64,000 nt of DNA. Origin: Trinickia sp. (GTDB lineage: Bacteria; Pseudomonadota; Gammaproteobacteria; Burkholderiales; Burkholderiaceae). The stretch spans positions 2,002 to 66,001 of the forward strand of contig JBQCDS010000465.1 of NCBI GenBank assembly GCA_051961035.1, written 5' to 3'. Of the stretch, positions 39,129 to 49,952 are shown piece by piece (position 1 is the first letter of the stretch; each line of letters begins with the position of its first letter). A program made the position numbers and the translations under genes. The notes beneath the pieces are model-generated. The model saw nothing but the letters and a program-made list of their open reading frames with translations, did no database searches and had not been told where the DNA came from.

Positions 39129-41618
39129 ATGCCTATCATCAAAAGACCGCCTTCCGCCGGCCACGCTGCCGGCGACAGAGATCCTTCCCGTACCGCTCCC
39201 GCCGATCGTCCCCGTCGATCCCTCGGCGCACGCCTCGCATTGACCTTCGCCGGCCTTATGGCCACGCTCGCTGTCGTCGGCGCGCTGATCGTCGGCTACG
39301 CGCTGATCGTCATGGCGCCGCAATTGCCTTCGCTGGAAGCGCTCACCGATTACCGCCCGAAAGTCCCGTTGCGGGTCTATACGGCCGATCACGTGCTGAT
39401 CGGCGAGTTCGGCGAAGAGCGGCGCAGCCTCGTGCGTTTCCAGGACATCCCCGACATCATGAAGAAGGCGGTGCTGGCGATCGAGGACTACCGCTTTTAC
39501 GAGCACGGCGGCGTCGATTTCATCGGCATCTTCCGCGCGGGTACGACCGACCTGATGCACGGCGGCGCCTCGCAGGGCGCGAGTACGATCACGATGCAGG
39601 TGGCGCGCAACTTCTTCCTGTCGAGCGAAAAAACGTACACGCGCAAGATCTACGAGATGATGCTCGCGTACAAGATCGAGCGGGCGCTCACGAAGGATCA
39701 GATCCTCGAGCTGTACATGAACCAAATTTATCTGGGCGAGCGCGCCTATGGCTTCGCGGCGGCGGCGCGCGTGTACTTCGGCAAGGATTTGAAGGACATC
39801 ACGGTGGCTCAGGCGGCGATGCTCGCGGGGCTGCCGAAGGCGCCGTCGGCGTACAACCCGATCGTCAACCCGAAGCGCGCCAAGATTCGTCAGGAATACA
39901 TCCTGAAGCGGATGCTCGAACTCGGCTACATCACGAAGCCGCAATACGACGAGGCCGTGAAAGAGCCGATGCACACGAAGGCCGCCGGCAATGAGTACAG
40001 CGTGCACGCCGAGTACGTCGCCGAAATGGTGCGGCAGATGATGTACGCGCAGTACAAGGATGAAACGTACACGCGCGGCCTGACCGTCACGACGACGATC
40101 GACTCCGCCGATCAGGACGCCGCCTATCATGCCGTCCGCAAGGGTGTGATGGATTACGAGCGCCGGCACGGCTATCGCGGTCCGGAAGGCTTCGTGGAGT
40201 TGCCGGCAGCCGGCGACGATCGCGACGAAGCGATCGACGACGCCCTGGCCGATCACCCCGACGACGGCGAACTCGTGGCCGGCGTCGTCACAGAGGCCGG
40301 CCCCAAGCAGGTGACGGTGCAGTTCGTTGATGGCGGCGCAGTGCAGGTGAGCGGCGAGGGCCTGCGTTTCGTGGCATCCGCGCTGGGCCCGCGCGCATCG
40401 CAAACACAGCGGATCCGCCCCGGCTCGATCGTGCGCCTCATGCCCGATGCGAAGGGCAATTGGCAGATTACGCAGTTGCCGCAGGTGGAGGGCGCGCTGG
40501 TCTCGCTTTCGCCGCAAGATGGCGCCGTGCGCGCGCTCGTCGGCGGGTTCGATTTCAACAAGAATAAGTTCAACCACGTCACGCAGGCGTGGCGGCAGCC
40601 GGGCTCGAGCTTCAAGCCGTTCATCTACTCGGCGTCGATCGACAAGGGGCTGGCTCCGTCCACGATCATCGACGACGCGCCGCTGTATTTCCCGCCGAGC
40701 TCGCCGGGCGGGCAGCCGTGGGAGCCGAAGGATGACGATCACCCTGAAGGGCCCATGTCGATGCGCGTCGCGCTCGAAAAATCGAAGAACCTCGTTTCGA
40801 TCCGAATCCTGTCGTACATCGGCACAAAGTTCGCGCAAGACTACGTGACGCAGCGCTTCGGGTTCGATGCCGACAAGACCCCGCCGTACCTGCCGATGGC
40901 CCTCGGCGCCGGGCTCGTCACGCCGCTGCAATCGGCGGTGGCGTATGCGGTCTTCGCCAATGGCGGCTATCGCGTCAACCCGTACTTGATCGCCGAGGTG
41001 GACGATGCGCGGGGCCAGCCGATCTCGAAGGCTCAACCGATCGTGGCGGGCCGCGATGCGCCGCGCTCGATCAGCGCCGGTAACGCGTACCTCATGAACA
41101 GCCTGTTGCATTCGGTGGCGACGGCCGGCACGGGGGCGGGCTCCAACGCTTTGCATCGCACCGACCTCGCCGGCAAGACCGGTACGACGAACGATGCCAA
41201 GGATGGCTGGTTCGCCGGTTATCAGCCGACGCTCGTGGCCGTGGCGTGGATGGGCTACGATCAGCCCAAGAGCCTCGGCAGCCGCGAATTCGGCGCGCAG
41301 CTCGCGCTGCCGATCTGGATCGACTACATGGGCCGTGCGTTGCGTGGGGTGCCCGATCAGCCGATGCCGATGCCCGATGATGTGGCGACGATCAACGGCG
41401 AGCTTTATTTGGCCGATAAGGTACCGGGCGACGGATTCATCGCGAGCATCGGGATGGAAGGCGCGGCGCTCGCCGGTGCCGGCGCCGCAAGCGATGCCAG
41501 TGCTGCCGTCGGCTCGATCGGCCCCGCGGGCCTGGCCACACCGCCAGCCCCGGCGCCTGACGTCACGCAGCAGGAGCAGAAGCAAATCCTTAATCTGTTC
41601 AAGGACAGCAATCCGTAA
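39129..41618 (+). CDS. mrcA: Penicillin-binding protein 1A
   Basis: TG motifs EDYRFYEHGG and GASTITMQVARN; TP motifs GSSFK, SKN and KTG. Confidence 0.92.
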   Translation: MPIIKRPPSAGHAAGDRDPSRTAPADRPRRSLGARLALTFAGLMATLAVVGALIVGYALIVMAPQLPSLEALTDYRPKVPLRVYTADHVLIGEFGEERRSLVRFQDIPDIMKKAVLAIEDYRFYEHGGVDFIGIFRAGTTDLMHGGASQGASTITMQVARNFFLSSEKTYTRKIYEMMLAYKIERALTKDQILELYMNQIYLGERAYGFAAAARVYFGKDLKDITVAQAAMLAGLPKAPSAYNPIVNPKRAKIRQEYILKRMLELGYITKPQYDEAVKEPMHTKAAGNEYSVHAEYVAEMVRQMMYAQYKDETYTRGLTVTTTIDSADQDAAYHAVRKGVMDYERRHGYRGPEGFVELPAAGDDRDEAIDDALADHPDDGELVAGVVTEAGPKQVTVQFVDGGAVQVSGEGLRFVASALGPRASQTQRIRPGSIVRLMPDAKGNWQITQLPQVEGALVSLSPQDGAVRALVGGFDFNKNKFNHVTQAWRQPGSSFKPFIYSASIDKGLAPSTIIDDAPLYFPPSSPGGQPWEPKDDDHPEGPMSMRVALEKSKNLVSIRILSYIGTKFAQDYVTQRFGFDADKTPPYLPMALGAGLVTPLQSAVAYAVFANGGYRVNPYLIAEVDDARGQPISKAQPIVAGRDAPRSISAGNAYLMNSLLHSVATAGTGAGSNALHRTDLAGKTGTTNDAKDGWFAGYQPTLVAVAWMGYDQPKSLGSREFGAQLALPIWIDYMGRALRGVPDQPMPMPDDVATINGELYLADKVPGDGFIASIGMEGAALAGAGAASDASAAVGSIGPAGLATPPAPAPDVTQQEQKQILNLFKDSNP

Positions 41619-41698
41619 CCCGTAGCGGCACTGCATCCGGGCGCAGCTTGCCTACGTATGTCGGACAGATTGCTTCGCGTGCTACGACGGAGGGGCAG

Positions 41699-42862
41699 AT
41701 GGACGAAAACGAGGCGGGCGGCTCCGGTCAGCCGCACGAGGGTGGCACAGTACGAACCGGCATCGCGGGTCAAGTCGTGCTCGTGCTGCAAGGCGGCGGG
41801 GCACTGGGCGCGTATCAGGCCGGTGTCTATCAGGCGCTGCATGACGCGGGCATCGAGCCCGATTGGGTGATTGGCACGTCGATCGGCGCCGTCAACGGCG
41901 CGATTATTGCCGGCAATCCGCCTGACACCCGGCTCGCCCGGCTCGACGCGTTCTGGTCGCGCGTGGCCGCGGCGGCCGGCGTCACATCGGGATGGCTACC
42001 GGCGTTTGACGATTGGTGGCGCCGCGCATCGATCTTTCTGCAAGGGATTCCCGCGTTTTTCACGCCGTCGCCATCAGCATGGTGGGCGCTCAATACGCCG
42101 CTCGGGCGCGAGCATGCGGCGTTTTATACCACTCAGCCGTTACGCGAAACGCTGCATACCCTCGTCGATTTCGATTACCTCAACGCGTGCAATGTCAGGC
42201 TGACCGTTGGCGCCGTGCACGTTGCCGACGCGCGCATGCGCTACTTCACGAATCGCGACGCGCCTTTGAGCGTCGAACACGTGATGGCATCGGCCGCGTT
42301 TCCGCCCGGTTTTCCTTCGGTCGAGGTCGATGGCGAATCGTATTGGGATGGCGGCATCTATTCCAATACACCGCTCGAAGCGGTGCTCGACGATCGGCCT
42401 CGGCGCAGTTCTGTCATCTTCGCTGTGCAACTTTGGCCCACGAATGGGCGTGAGCCGCAATCGATCGTCGAAGCGATGGTGCGCCAACGCGACATTCAAT
42501 ATTCGAGCCGCTCGCAGAGCCATCTCGAACGTCAGCGCCAGATCCATCGATTGCGTCACGTGATCCGCGAGCTTGAGCAATATATTGCGGAGCCGATGCG
42601 CGAGACGCAGGCCGTGCGGGATTTGCTTGCCTGGGGTTGCGGCACGACGATGCAGGTCATCGAACTCGATGCGCCCAGCTTCGGCGACGACGATCTGCAT
42701 AAGGACATCGACTTTTCCCCGTCCGGCATCGAGCGTCGCCGCGCGGCCGGCTACGACGATACGCGGCGCATGCTGGCGCGCGCGCCGTGGCGGGAGGCGA
42801 CGGACCCCATGGAGGGCATCGCCGTGTATCGCGAAGAGCAAGGCGAGCAATCGCGTGAGTGA
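41699..42862 (+). CDS. Patatin-like phospholipase
   Basis: Motifs GGGALG, GTSIG and WDGG. Confidence 0.9.
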   Translation: MDENEAGGSGQPHEGGTVRTGIAGQVVLVLQGGGALGAYQAGVYQALHDAGIEPDWVIGTSIGAVNGAIIAGNPPDTRLARLDAFWSRVAAAAGVTSGWLPAFDDWWRRASIFLQGIPAFFTPSPSAWWALNTPLGREHAAFYTTQPLRETLHTLVDFDYLNACNVRLTVGAVHVADARMRYFTNRDAPLSVEHVMASAAFPPGFPSVEVDGESYWDGGIYSNTPLEAVLDDRPRRSSVIFAVQLWPTNGREPQSIVEAMVRQRDIQYSSRSQSHLERQRQIHRLRHVIRELEQYIAEPMRETQAVRDLLAWGCGTTMQVIELDAPSFGDDDLHKDIDFSPSGIERRRAAGYDDTRRMLARAPWREATDPMEGIAVYREEQGEQSRE

Positions 42863-42955
42863 ACGCTTGGCAGCGCGGCGCGGGCGATCTGCCTCGAACT
42901 AGGCGCAGGAAGAAATTCGTTGTGCGTACAACCGCTTAGCGCAATCGCCCAGAGC

Positions 42956-42990
42956 TTATCAACAGGTCTGTCAACACAATCTGGGGATAA
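42956..42990. promoter_or_regulatory. Triplet of DnaA-box-like 9-mers (copy 2)
   Basis: TTATCAACA-GGT-CTGTCAACA-N5-TGGGGATAA, with the same spacing as copy 1. Confidence 0.55.
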
Positions 42991-43014
42991 CTCGGCGCTA
43001 GTGCGTTGAAGCGT

Positions 43015-44028
43015 TTAGGCGTGCACGCCCGCGATCAGCGAAGCGAACGTAGCCGGATCGGTGTTCGAGCCGCTAAGCAGGACGCCGACGCGTTTGCCTT
43101 GAAGGGTTTCGCGCAGCGGCCCCAGCAAGGCCGCGAACGGCGCGGCGCACGCGGGCTCGACCGCGATCTTCAACCGCGTGAAGAGCTTGAGCATGGCGGC
43201 GCGCAGCGCATCGTCGGACACCGTGACGAGGCGATCGATATGGCGGCGGCACAGCTCATAGCTGTACTGTTCCGTGTGAGGCGCCATCAGCGAATCGGCG
43301 ATGGTGTGCATCGCCCCCATCTTGATCGTGTGATTCGCCGCGAAACTCTTGCTCATGACGTCGGCGCCCTCGGGTTCGACGCCGTAGACATGCACGCGCG
43401 GGTTCGCGAGGCGAAGCGCCGTGGATACGCCGGCCGCGAGCCCGCCGCCGCCGATGGGCACGATGACCGCATCGAGATCGGGCGTTTGCGTCGCCCACTC
43501 GTAGCCGAGCGTGGCCGTGCCGAGCACCGTGCGATAACCGTTGAACGGATGCACGAAAAAGCGGCCTTCCTCGGCCTCGATGCGGCGCACGAGTTCGAAA
43601 GCCTCGGCCGGCGTGTCGGCCTCTACCACTTCCGCCCGGTAGTGCTTGCACAGTTCGAGCCGTGCCGGGCTCGTCGTGCGAAACAGCACCACCTTCGCGC
43701 TCATTCCGAGCCGCAGCGCCGCGTACGCCACCGCCGCCGCGTGATTTCCGCCGGACACGCACGTGACGCCCACGCTGCGCTGCGCGGCATCGAGCGCGAG
43801 CAGGTTCGTGAAGGCGCCGCGCGCTTTGAACGTCCCAGCCGCCTGCAGCAGCTCGAACTTGAAGTTGAGCGCCGTGCCTTCGAGCGAAGGAAAATCGTGC
43901 CGCTCGAACACGGGCGTGCGCAGCACCCAAGGCGTCAGCGCGAAATGCTGCGTGGCGATCGCATCCAGCGTGGGGATCGGCTCCGCGTCGATCGTGCGGT
44001 CGGTCGGTTGCGGCGTGGCGGTGGACAT
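43015..44028 (-). CDS. PLP-dependent threonine/serine dehydratase family protein
   Basis: Motifs GTFKARGA, SGGNHA, PIGGGGL and LSGSN. Confidence 0.88.
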   Translation of the reverse strand: MSTATPQPTDRTIDAEPIPTLDAIATQHFALTPWVLRTPVFERHDFPSLEGTALNFKFELLQAAGTFKARGAFTNLLALDAAQRSVGVTCVSGGNHAAAVAYAALRLGMSAKVVLFRTTSPARLELCKHYRAEVVEADTPAEAFELVRRIEAEEGRFFVHPFNGYRTVLGTATLGYEWATQTPDLDAVIVPIGGGGLAAGVSTALRLANPRVHVYGVEPEGADVMSKSFAANHTIKMGAMHTIADSLMAPHTEQYSYELCRRHIDRLVTVSDDALRAAMLKLFTRLKIAVEPACAAPFAALLGPLRETLQGKRVGVLLSGSNTDPATFASLIAGVHA

Positions 44029-44064
44029 GGCTCGGAGCGTATCGTGAATGAGCGGTCGCGGCGC

Positions 44065-45324
44065 TTAGGCGTGCGCGTCGACCGACATGCTTCGAATGAA
44101 CTTGCCGAGGAAGTCCTCGCAAGCCGCCAGTTGCGCAAGCTCGACATATTCGTTCGGCTTGTGCGCCTGCTCGATGTCTCCGGGGCCGCAAACGATGCTC
44201 GGCACGCCTGCGCGCGCGAAAAGGCCGGCTTCGGTGCCGTAGGCGACCTTGCGCGTTTCGCGGTTGGCCGTCAGCGCGCGCACGAGCGCCGTGATGGCGG
44301 CTTGCTCCGAGGCGTCGAGCCCCGGCGCCGCGGCGATCTTCGTGAATTCGATGGCGGCGTTGGGGTGCTCGCGGCGCATTTGCGGCAGCAGCGTGTCGTG
44401 CGCATAACGTTCTATGCGCGCGAAGATCGCCTCGGGGTCGAGCGTGGGCAAATTGCGAAATTCGAAGCCGAAGCGGCACTCGGCAGGCACGGTATTGATG
44501 GCGTTGCCGCCTTCGATGGTGCTCGTTTGCGCCGTGGTGAACGGCACGTCGTAGAACTCGTCGAACGGGCCGTCGCGGCGCATTTCATCGGCCAAGTCGC
44601 GGATGTGGCAGATCAGGCGCGCCGCGTATTCGATCGCGTTCAGGCCCTTGGGCGTCAGCGACGAATGGGCCGCGTGGCCGCGTACGCAGCATCGATAGGC
44701 GTTGATCCCCTTATGCGCCACGATGGGACGCATGCTCGTCGGCTCGCCGACGATGCACCCTTCGGGCTTCACGCCGCGTTGCTGCAGGTCCGCAATCATG
44801 TAAGGCGCGCCGTTGCAGCCGATTTCCTCGTCGAACGACAGCGCGAGGTGAATCGGCTTGGCGAGCCGGGCGGCTTGCATGTCCGGCACGAGTGCCAGGG
44901 CGGCGCCGATGAAGCCCTTCATGTCGCACGTGCCGCGGCCGTATAGCCGGCCCTCGCGCACCTCGGGCTTGAACGGATCGCTATCCCACGCTTGGCCGTC
45001 CACCGGCACGACGTCCGTGTGTCCGGACAGCACGACGCCGCCGTTCGTCTCCCCGTCGTACGCCGGGATCGTCGCAAACAAATTGGCCCATTGGCCCCGG
45101 TTGTCGTGCGTGAGCGTCGAGCGGATGCCCTGGGCGGCAAGCGCGTCGCGCACCATCTCGATGAGACCGAGGTTCGGGACGCGGCTCGTCGTATCGATGG
45201 ACACGAGGCGCTCGACCCATGACAGGCTGAGAGGCGATGCGTTATGCGACATGGAAGAAGCCGAAGACGGCGAGGAAAGGGGCGAGGAAGGGGAGGACGG
45301 CGCCGTTTCGACATCCTGCGACAT
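44065..45324 (-). CDS. argE: Acetylornithine deacetylase (M20 family)
   Basis: Motifs LSGHTDVVP, GRGTCDMKG, FDEEIG, GEPT and AHKPNE. The exact start is uncertain. Confidence 0.9.
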   Translation of the reverse strand: MSQDVETAPSSPSSPLSSPSSASSMSHNASPLSLSWVERLVSIDTTSRVPNLGLIEMVRDALAAQGIRSTLTHDNRGQWANLFATIPAYDGETNGGVVLSGHTDVVPVDGQAWDSDPFKPEVREGRLYGRGTCDMKGFIGAALALVPDMQAARLAKPIHLALSFDEEIGCNGAPYMIADLQQRGVKPEGCIVGEPTSMRPIVAHKGINAYRCCVRGHAAHSSLTPKGLNAIEYAARLICHIRDLADEMRRDGPFDEFYDVPFTTAQTSTIEGGNAINTVPAECRFGFEFRNLPTLDPEAIFARIERYAHDTLLPQMRREHPNAAIEFTKIAAAPGLDASEQAAITALVRALTANRETRKVAYGTEAGLFARAGVPSIVCGPGDIEQAHKPNEYVELAQLAACEDFLGKFIRSMSVDAHA

Positions 45325-45473
45325 GGCGAAGCTCCATCTTTAGAGTGGCTCCGATCATACCGAAAAACCGCGGACGTACCCAAGCGATCGCGCTGTCCGT
45401 CGTTTGTGCAGTGCGCCATGAGCGGGGCGCCTTATGCGCTCGCCCCTCTCGTTCGACGGCATGTCCGCTGCAA

Positions 45474-48400
45474 TCAACGCGCGGCCGAGGGCGCAGCCTG
45501 CCGCGACGGTGCGCCCAGAGCACGCAGCGATTCCTTCACCGTCGCCAGGCGCACCGACAAGTCCGGGCTGCGCGTTTCGATACGCAGCTTGTCTTGCCCC
45601 GCGAGCTTGATGTGTTTGTGCTTCTGCACCATCTCGATGATCCGCATCGCGTCGATCGGCGGATTCGGGACGAACTGCAGGCTGATCGCGGCCTCCCCCG
45701 CATCGATCTTGGAGATCCCGAGCGGTTTTGCCGCGAGCCGCAGCCGATGCGTTTCGACGAGCGCATGCGCTTGCGGCGGCAGCTTGCCGAAGCGATCGAT
45801 GAGTTCTTCCTGAATGTCGTCGATCGAATCGCTCGATTCGCAGCTGGCTAGGCGCTTGTAGATCGACAGGCGCTCCTGCACGTCGCCGCAGTAGTCGGCG
45901 GGAAGGATCGCCGGTGCATGCAGATTGATTTCGGTCGTTGCCGCGAGCGGCGCCGTGAGGTCGGGCTCTTGCCCGTTCTTGAGCGCTTTTACGGCGTCGG
46001 CCAGCATATCCGAGTAGAGCTGGAAGCCGATCTCGTGGATCTCGCCCGATTGTTTGTCGCCCAGTACCTCGCCGGTGCCGCGAATCTCGAGGTCGTGCAT
46101 GGCGAGGTAAAAGCCGGAGCCGAGCTCTTCCATTTGCTGGATCGCCTCGAGCCGTCTCTGGGCCTGCTTCGTGAGCCCTTGCGGGTCGTGCACGAGCAGG
46201 TAGGCATAGGCTTGGTGATGCGAGCGCCCGACGCGGCCGCGCAGCTGATGCAGCTGCGCGAGACCGAACTTGTCGGCACGGTGAATGATGATCGTGTTGG
46301 AACTCGGCACGTCGATGCCGGTTTCGATGATCGTCGTGCACAGCAGCACGTTCGCGCGCTGAGCCACGAAATCGCGCATGACGCGTTCGAGTTCGCGTTC
46401 GTGCATCTGGCCGTGCGCCACGGCGATGCGGGCCTCGGGTACGAGCGCTTCGAGCATCGCTCGGCGATTCTCGATCGTTTCGACCTCATTGTGCAAAAAG
46501 TACACTTGGCCGCCGCGCTTGAGCTCGCGCAGCATCGCCTCGCGAATGACGCCGTCCTCTTCGCGCCGCACGAACGTCTTGATGGCGAGCCGCTTTTGCG
46601 GCGCCGTCGCGATGACGGAAAAGTCGCGCAGCCCCTCGAGCGCCATGCCTAGCGTGCGCGGAATCGGCGTCGCCGTCAGCGTGAGCACGTCCACCTCGGC
46701 GCGCAAAGCCTTGAGCGCCTCTTTCTGCCGCACGCCGAAGCGGTGTTCTTCGTCGATGATGACGAGGCCGAGGCGCTTGAAGCGCACATCGGACGACAGC
46801 AGTTTGTGCGTGCCGATGACGATGTCGACCGAGCCGTCGTTGATCTGCCCGATGGCCGCGTTGACTTCCTTCGTCGATTTGAAGCGCGAGAGTTCGGCAA
46901 TGCGCACGGGCCAGTCGGCGAAGCGGTCGGTGAAGGTTTGCGTGTGCTGCTCGGCGAGCAGCGTCGTCGGTGCGAGCAGCGCCACTTGCTTGCCCGCCAT
47001 CACGGCGATGAAGGCGGCGCGCAGGGCGACCTCGGTCTTGCCGAAGCCGACGTCGCCGCAGACCAGACGATCCATCGGCCGGCCCGCCGTCATGTCGCCG
47101 ATGACCGAGGCGATGGCCGCCGCTTGGTCGGGCGTCTCCTCGAAGCCGAAGCTTTCGGCGAACTTCGCGTAGTCGCGCGGCTCCAGCTTGAACGCATGGC
47201 CTTCGCGCGCGGCGCGCCGTGCGTACAGATTCAAGAGCTCGGCGGCGGTGTCGCGAATCTGCTGGGCCGCCTTGCGCCGCGCTTTTTCCCATTGCCCGGA
47301 GCCGAGCGCGTGCAGCGGCGCGCTTTCAGGGTCGGCGCCGCTGTAGCGCGAAATGACGTGCAACTGGGAGACCGGCACGTACAGCTTGCTCTCGCCCGCG
47401 TACTCGAGGTGCAGAAACTCGGTTTCGCCTTCGCCGAGGTCCATCGACACGAGCCCCATGTAGCGGCCGATGCCGTGTTGCGCATGCACGACCGGGTCGC
47501 CCACCTTCAGCTCCGACAGGTCGCGCACCATCGAATCGACGCTGCTCGCCTGTTCTTGGCGGCGCCGGCCGGCTCGGCGCGCGAGCGTGCCGTAGAGCTC
47601 GGTCTCGGTGACGATCGCGATGCCCTCGGCGGGCAGCGAAAAGCCGCTCGTCAGCGGGGCGACGCCGAGCGTGAAGCGCTCGTCGCTCGTCAGCCAATCG
47701 GCGAAGCTGTCGACCGAAGCAGGACGCAAGCCATGCTCGGCGAACAACTGCGCGATCGTCTCGCGCCGGCCCGCCGATTCGGCGGCGACGAGCACGCGCC
47801 GTCCGGCGCCCTCGACGTAGCCGCGCAGCGCCAGGACGGGATCGTCCGCATGGCGATCGATGGCGAGCGAGGGCAGGGCCGTGGACCAGGCGCCGCCGCC
47901 GCTCGACGGCAGCACGAGGCGCGCGAAGGGCTTGGCGAGCGTATAGAAATCGTCGTCGGACAGGAACAGGCGCTGCGGTTCGAGGATCGGCCGCTCGCGG
48001 TCATGCGAGAGAAAGCCGTAGCGCTGCTTCGTATCGGTCGTAAAGCGCCGGATCGCGCCGTCGAGATCGCCGACGAATGCGAGATGCGCATCCTCGGGCA
48101 GGTAGTGGAACAGCGTGGCCGTTTCCTCGAAGAACAGCGGCAGGTAGTACTCGATGCCGGCCGAAGGCACGCCGTTGCCGATGTCCTTATAGACGGAGGA
48201 CCGGCTCGGGTCGCCCTCGAACACCTCGCGCCAGCGACTGCGAAACGCCGTGCGGGCGGCTTCGTCGAACGGAAATTCCCGCCCGGGCAGCAGTCGCACG
48301 TCGCGCACGGGATACAAGCTGCGTTGCGTGTCCGGGTCGAACGCGCGGATCGAATCGACTTGATCGTCGAACAAGTCGATCCGGTAGGGCAGGGGCGAGC

Positions 48401-48971
48401 CCATCGGAAACAGATCGATCAGCGAACCGCGTACGCAGTACTCGCCGGGCCGCACGACCTGGCTCACGTGCTCGTAGCCGGCCAGCGTCAACTGGGCCTT
48501 GAGCTTGGCCTCGTCGAGCCGCTCCCCTTGCGCGAACGAGAAGGTGTAGGCGGCCAGGAACGCGGCGGGCGGCATGCGATAGAGCGCGGTCGTGGCGGGC
48601 ACGAGCAGAATGTCGCAGCGGCCCTCGCCGAGATCGTGCAGCGTCGCCAGCCGTTCGGACACCAGATCCTGGTGCGGGGAGAACGTGTCGTACGGCAGCG
48701 TTTCCCAGTCCGGCAGCAAGCGCACGCGGGCGTTCGGCGCAAACCACGGAATCTCTTGGGCCAGCCGCTGAGCATCGACGGCGCTGGCGCACACGACGGC
48801 GGTCAGCGGCGGCTTTCCGCTCGGCGCCTGCGCACGGGCCGCCTCGCTGTAGCGCGCGATCAAAAGGGCGTCGGACGAGCCGTGGGTGCCGTCGAACGCG
48901 AAGCGTTGACCGGCCTTGACGAGCGCGAGGGGCAGTAGGGGCGGAGCTGAGGTGCTGTCGGTTTGCGGCAT
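45474..48971 (-). CDS. mfd: Transcription-repair coupling factor
   Basis: Motifs LPDWETLPYD, CGDVGFGKTEVA, DEEHRFG and QLRGRVGR. Confidence 0.97.
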   Translation of the reverse strand: MPQTDSTSAPPLLPLALVKAGQRFAFDGTHGSSDALLIARYSEAARAQAPSGKPPLTAVVCASAVDAQRLAQEIPWFAPNARVRLLPDWETLPYDTFSPHQDLVSERLATLHDLGEGRCDILLVPATTALYRMPPAAFLAAYTFSFAQGERLDEAKLKAQLTLAGYEHVSQVVRPGEYCVRGSLIDLFPMGSPLPYRIDLFDDQVDSIRAFDPDTQRSLYPVRDVRLLPGREFPFDEAARTAFRSRWREVFEGDPSRSSVYKDIGNGVPSAGIEYYLPLFFEETATLFHYLPEDAHLAFVGDLDGAIRRFTTDTKQRYGFLSHDRERPILEPQRLFLSDDDFYTLAKPFARLVLPSSGGGAWSTALPSLAIDRHADDPVLALRGYVEGAGRRVLVAAESAGRRETIAQLFAEHGLRPASVDSFADWLTSDERFTLGVAPLTSGFSLPAEGIAIVTETELYGTLARRAGRRRQEQASSVDSMVRDLSELKVGDPVVHAQHGIGRYMGLVSMDLGEGETEFLHLEYAGESKLYVPVSQLHVISRYSGADPESAPLHALGSGQWEKARRKAAQQIRDTAAELLNLYARRAAREGHAFKLEPRDYAKFAESFGFEETPDQAAAIASVIGDMTAGRPMDRLVCGDVGFGKTEVALRAAFIAVMAGKQVALLAPTTLLAEQHTQTFTDRFADWPVRIAELSRFKSTKEVNAAIGQINDGSVDIVIGTHKLLSSDVRFKRLGLVIIDEEHRFGVRQKEALKALRAEVDVLTLTATPIPRTLGMALEGLRDFSVIATAPQKRLAIKTFVRREEDGVIREAMLRELKRGGQVYFLHNEVETIENRRAMLEALVPEARIAVAHGQMHERELERVMRDFVAQRANVLLCTTIIETGIDVPSSNTIIIHRADKFGLAQLHQLRGRVGRSHHQAYAYLLVHDPQGLTKQAQRRLEAIQQMEELGSGFYLAMHDLEIRGTGEVLGDKQSGEIHEIGFQLYSDMLADAVKALKNGQEPDLTAPLAATTEINLHAPAILPADYCGDVQERLSIYKRLASCESSDSIDDIQEELIDRFGKLPPQAHALVETHRLRLAAKPLGISKIDAGEAAISLQFVPNPPIDAMRIIEMVQKHKHIKLAGQDKLRIETRSPDLSVRLATVKESLRALGAPSRQAAPSAAR

Positions 48972-49160
48972 GACGAAAGAGCGTGCGGCCTTGCATGAGG
49001 GCGTAACGAAAGCCTTGCGGCAAGCGGGCCTACACCGCTCGGAGGCGGGCGCGGGCCGGGCTTTCGCGCCCCGGGCGCGGCGTCGCGAAGCGGCGCGATG
49101 CCCGGAGCAAAGCGCCTATTATAAAATCCGTCGTCTATTTTTGATCGGCAACCTCGTTTC

Positions 49161-49871
49161 GTGACCTCTCGCTTCTTCGCCTTGATCCCTTGCGCCGGTA
49201 CCGGCAGCCGCTCCGGCGCCCCCATGCCGAAGCAATATCGCACCGTCGCCGGACGGGAACTGCTGCACTTCGCGCTGGCCGCCTTCGACGCCTGCGACGA
49301 ACTCGCGCAAGCGCTCGTCGTCATTTCCCCCGACGACGCGCATTTCGACGAACAGCGGTTCGCGCCGCTTCGTTTCGCCGTGCGCCGCTGCGGCGGCGCC
49401 TCGCGGCAGGCCTCGGTCCGCAACGGCCTCGATGCGCTGGCCGAACTCGGCGCGGCCGACGACGATTGGGTGCTCGTGCACGACGCGGCGCGGCCCGGCA
49501 TCACGCCGGCGCTGATCCGTTCGCTGATCGCGGCGCTCGCCGACGACGACGTGGGCGGCATCATGGCGCTGCCCGTCGCGGACACGCTCAAGCGCGTGGA
49601 TATCGATCAGGGCGACCGTATCGCCCGCACGGAGTCGCGCAACGGCCTTTGGCAAGCCCAAACGCCGCAAATGTTTCGCATCGGCATGCTGCGCGAGGCG
49701 ATCGCGCGGGCCGAGCGGGACGGTCACGACCTGACCGACGAAGCGAGCGCCATCGAATGGCTCGGCCATGCCCCGCGGCTCGTGCAAGGCAGCTTGCGCA
49801 ACTTCAAGGTCACGTACCCCGAAGATTTCGCACTGGCCGAAGCGATTCTGACGCACGGCTCGAATACCTAG
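49161..49871 (+). CDS. ispD: 2-C-methyl-D-erythritol 4-phosphate cytidylyltransferase
   Basis: Motifs CAGTGSR...PKQY, VHDAARP, QTPQ and KVTYPED. Confidence 0.96.
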   Translation: MTSRFFALIPCAGTGSRSGAPMPKQYRTVAGRELLHFALAAFDACDELAQALVVISPDDAHFDEQRFAPLRFAVRRCGGASRQASVRNGLDALAELGAADDDWVLVHDAARPGITPALIRSLIAALADDDVGGIMALPVADTLKRVDIDQGDRIARTESRNGLWQAQTPQMFRIGMLREAIARAERDGHDLTDEASAIEWLGHAPRLVQGSLRNFKVTYPEDFALAEAILTHGSNT

Positions 49872-49952
49872 AGCGACGGGCGCGGCAGAGCAATCAACAC
49901 ACATCGAACGAACCGCGACCGTGGTCGCGACTGCAATGGAATGGACTCTCGA

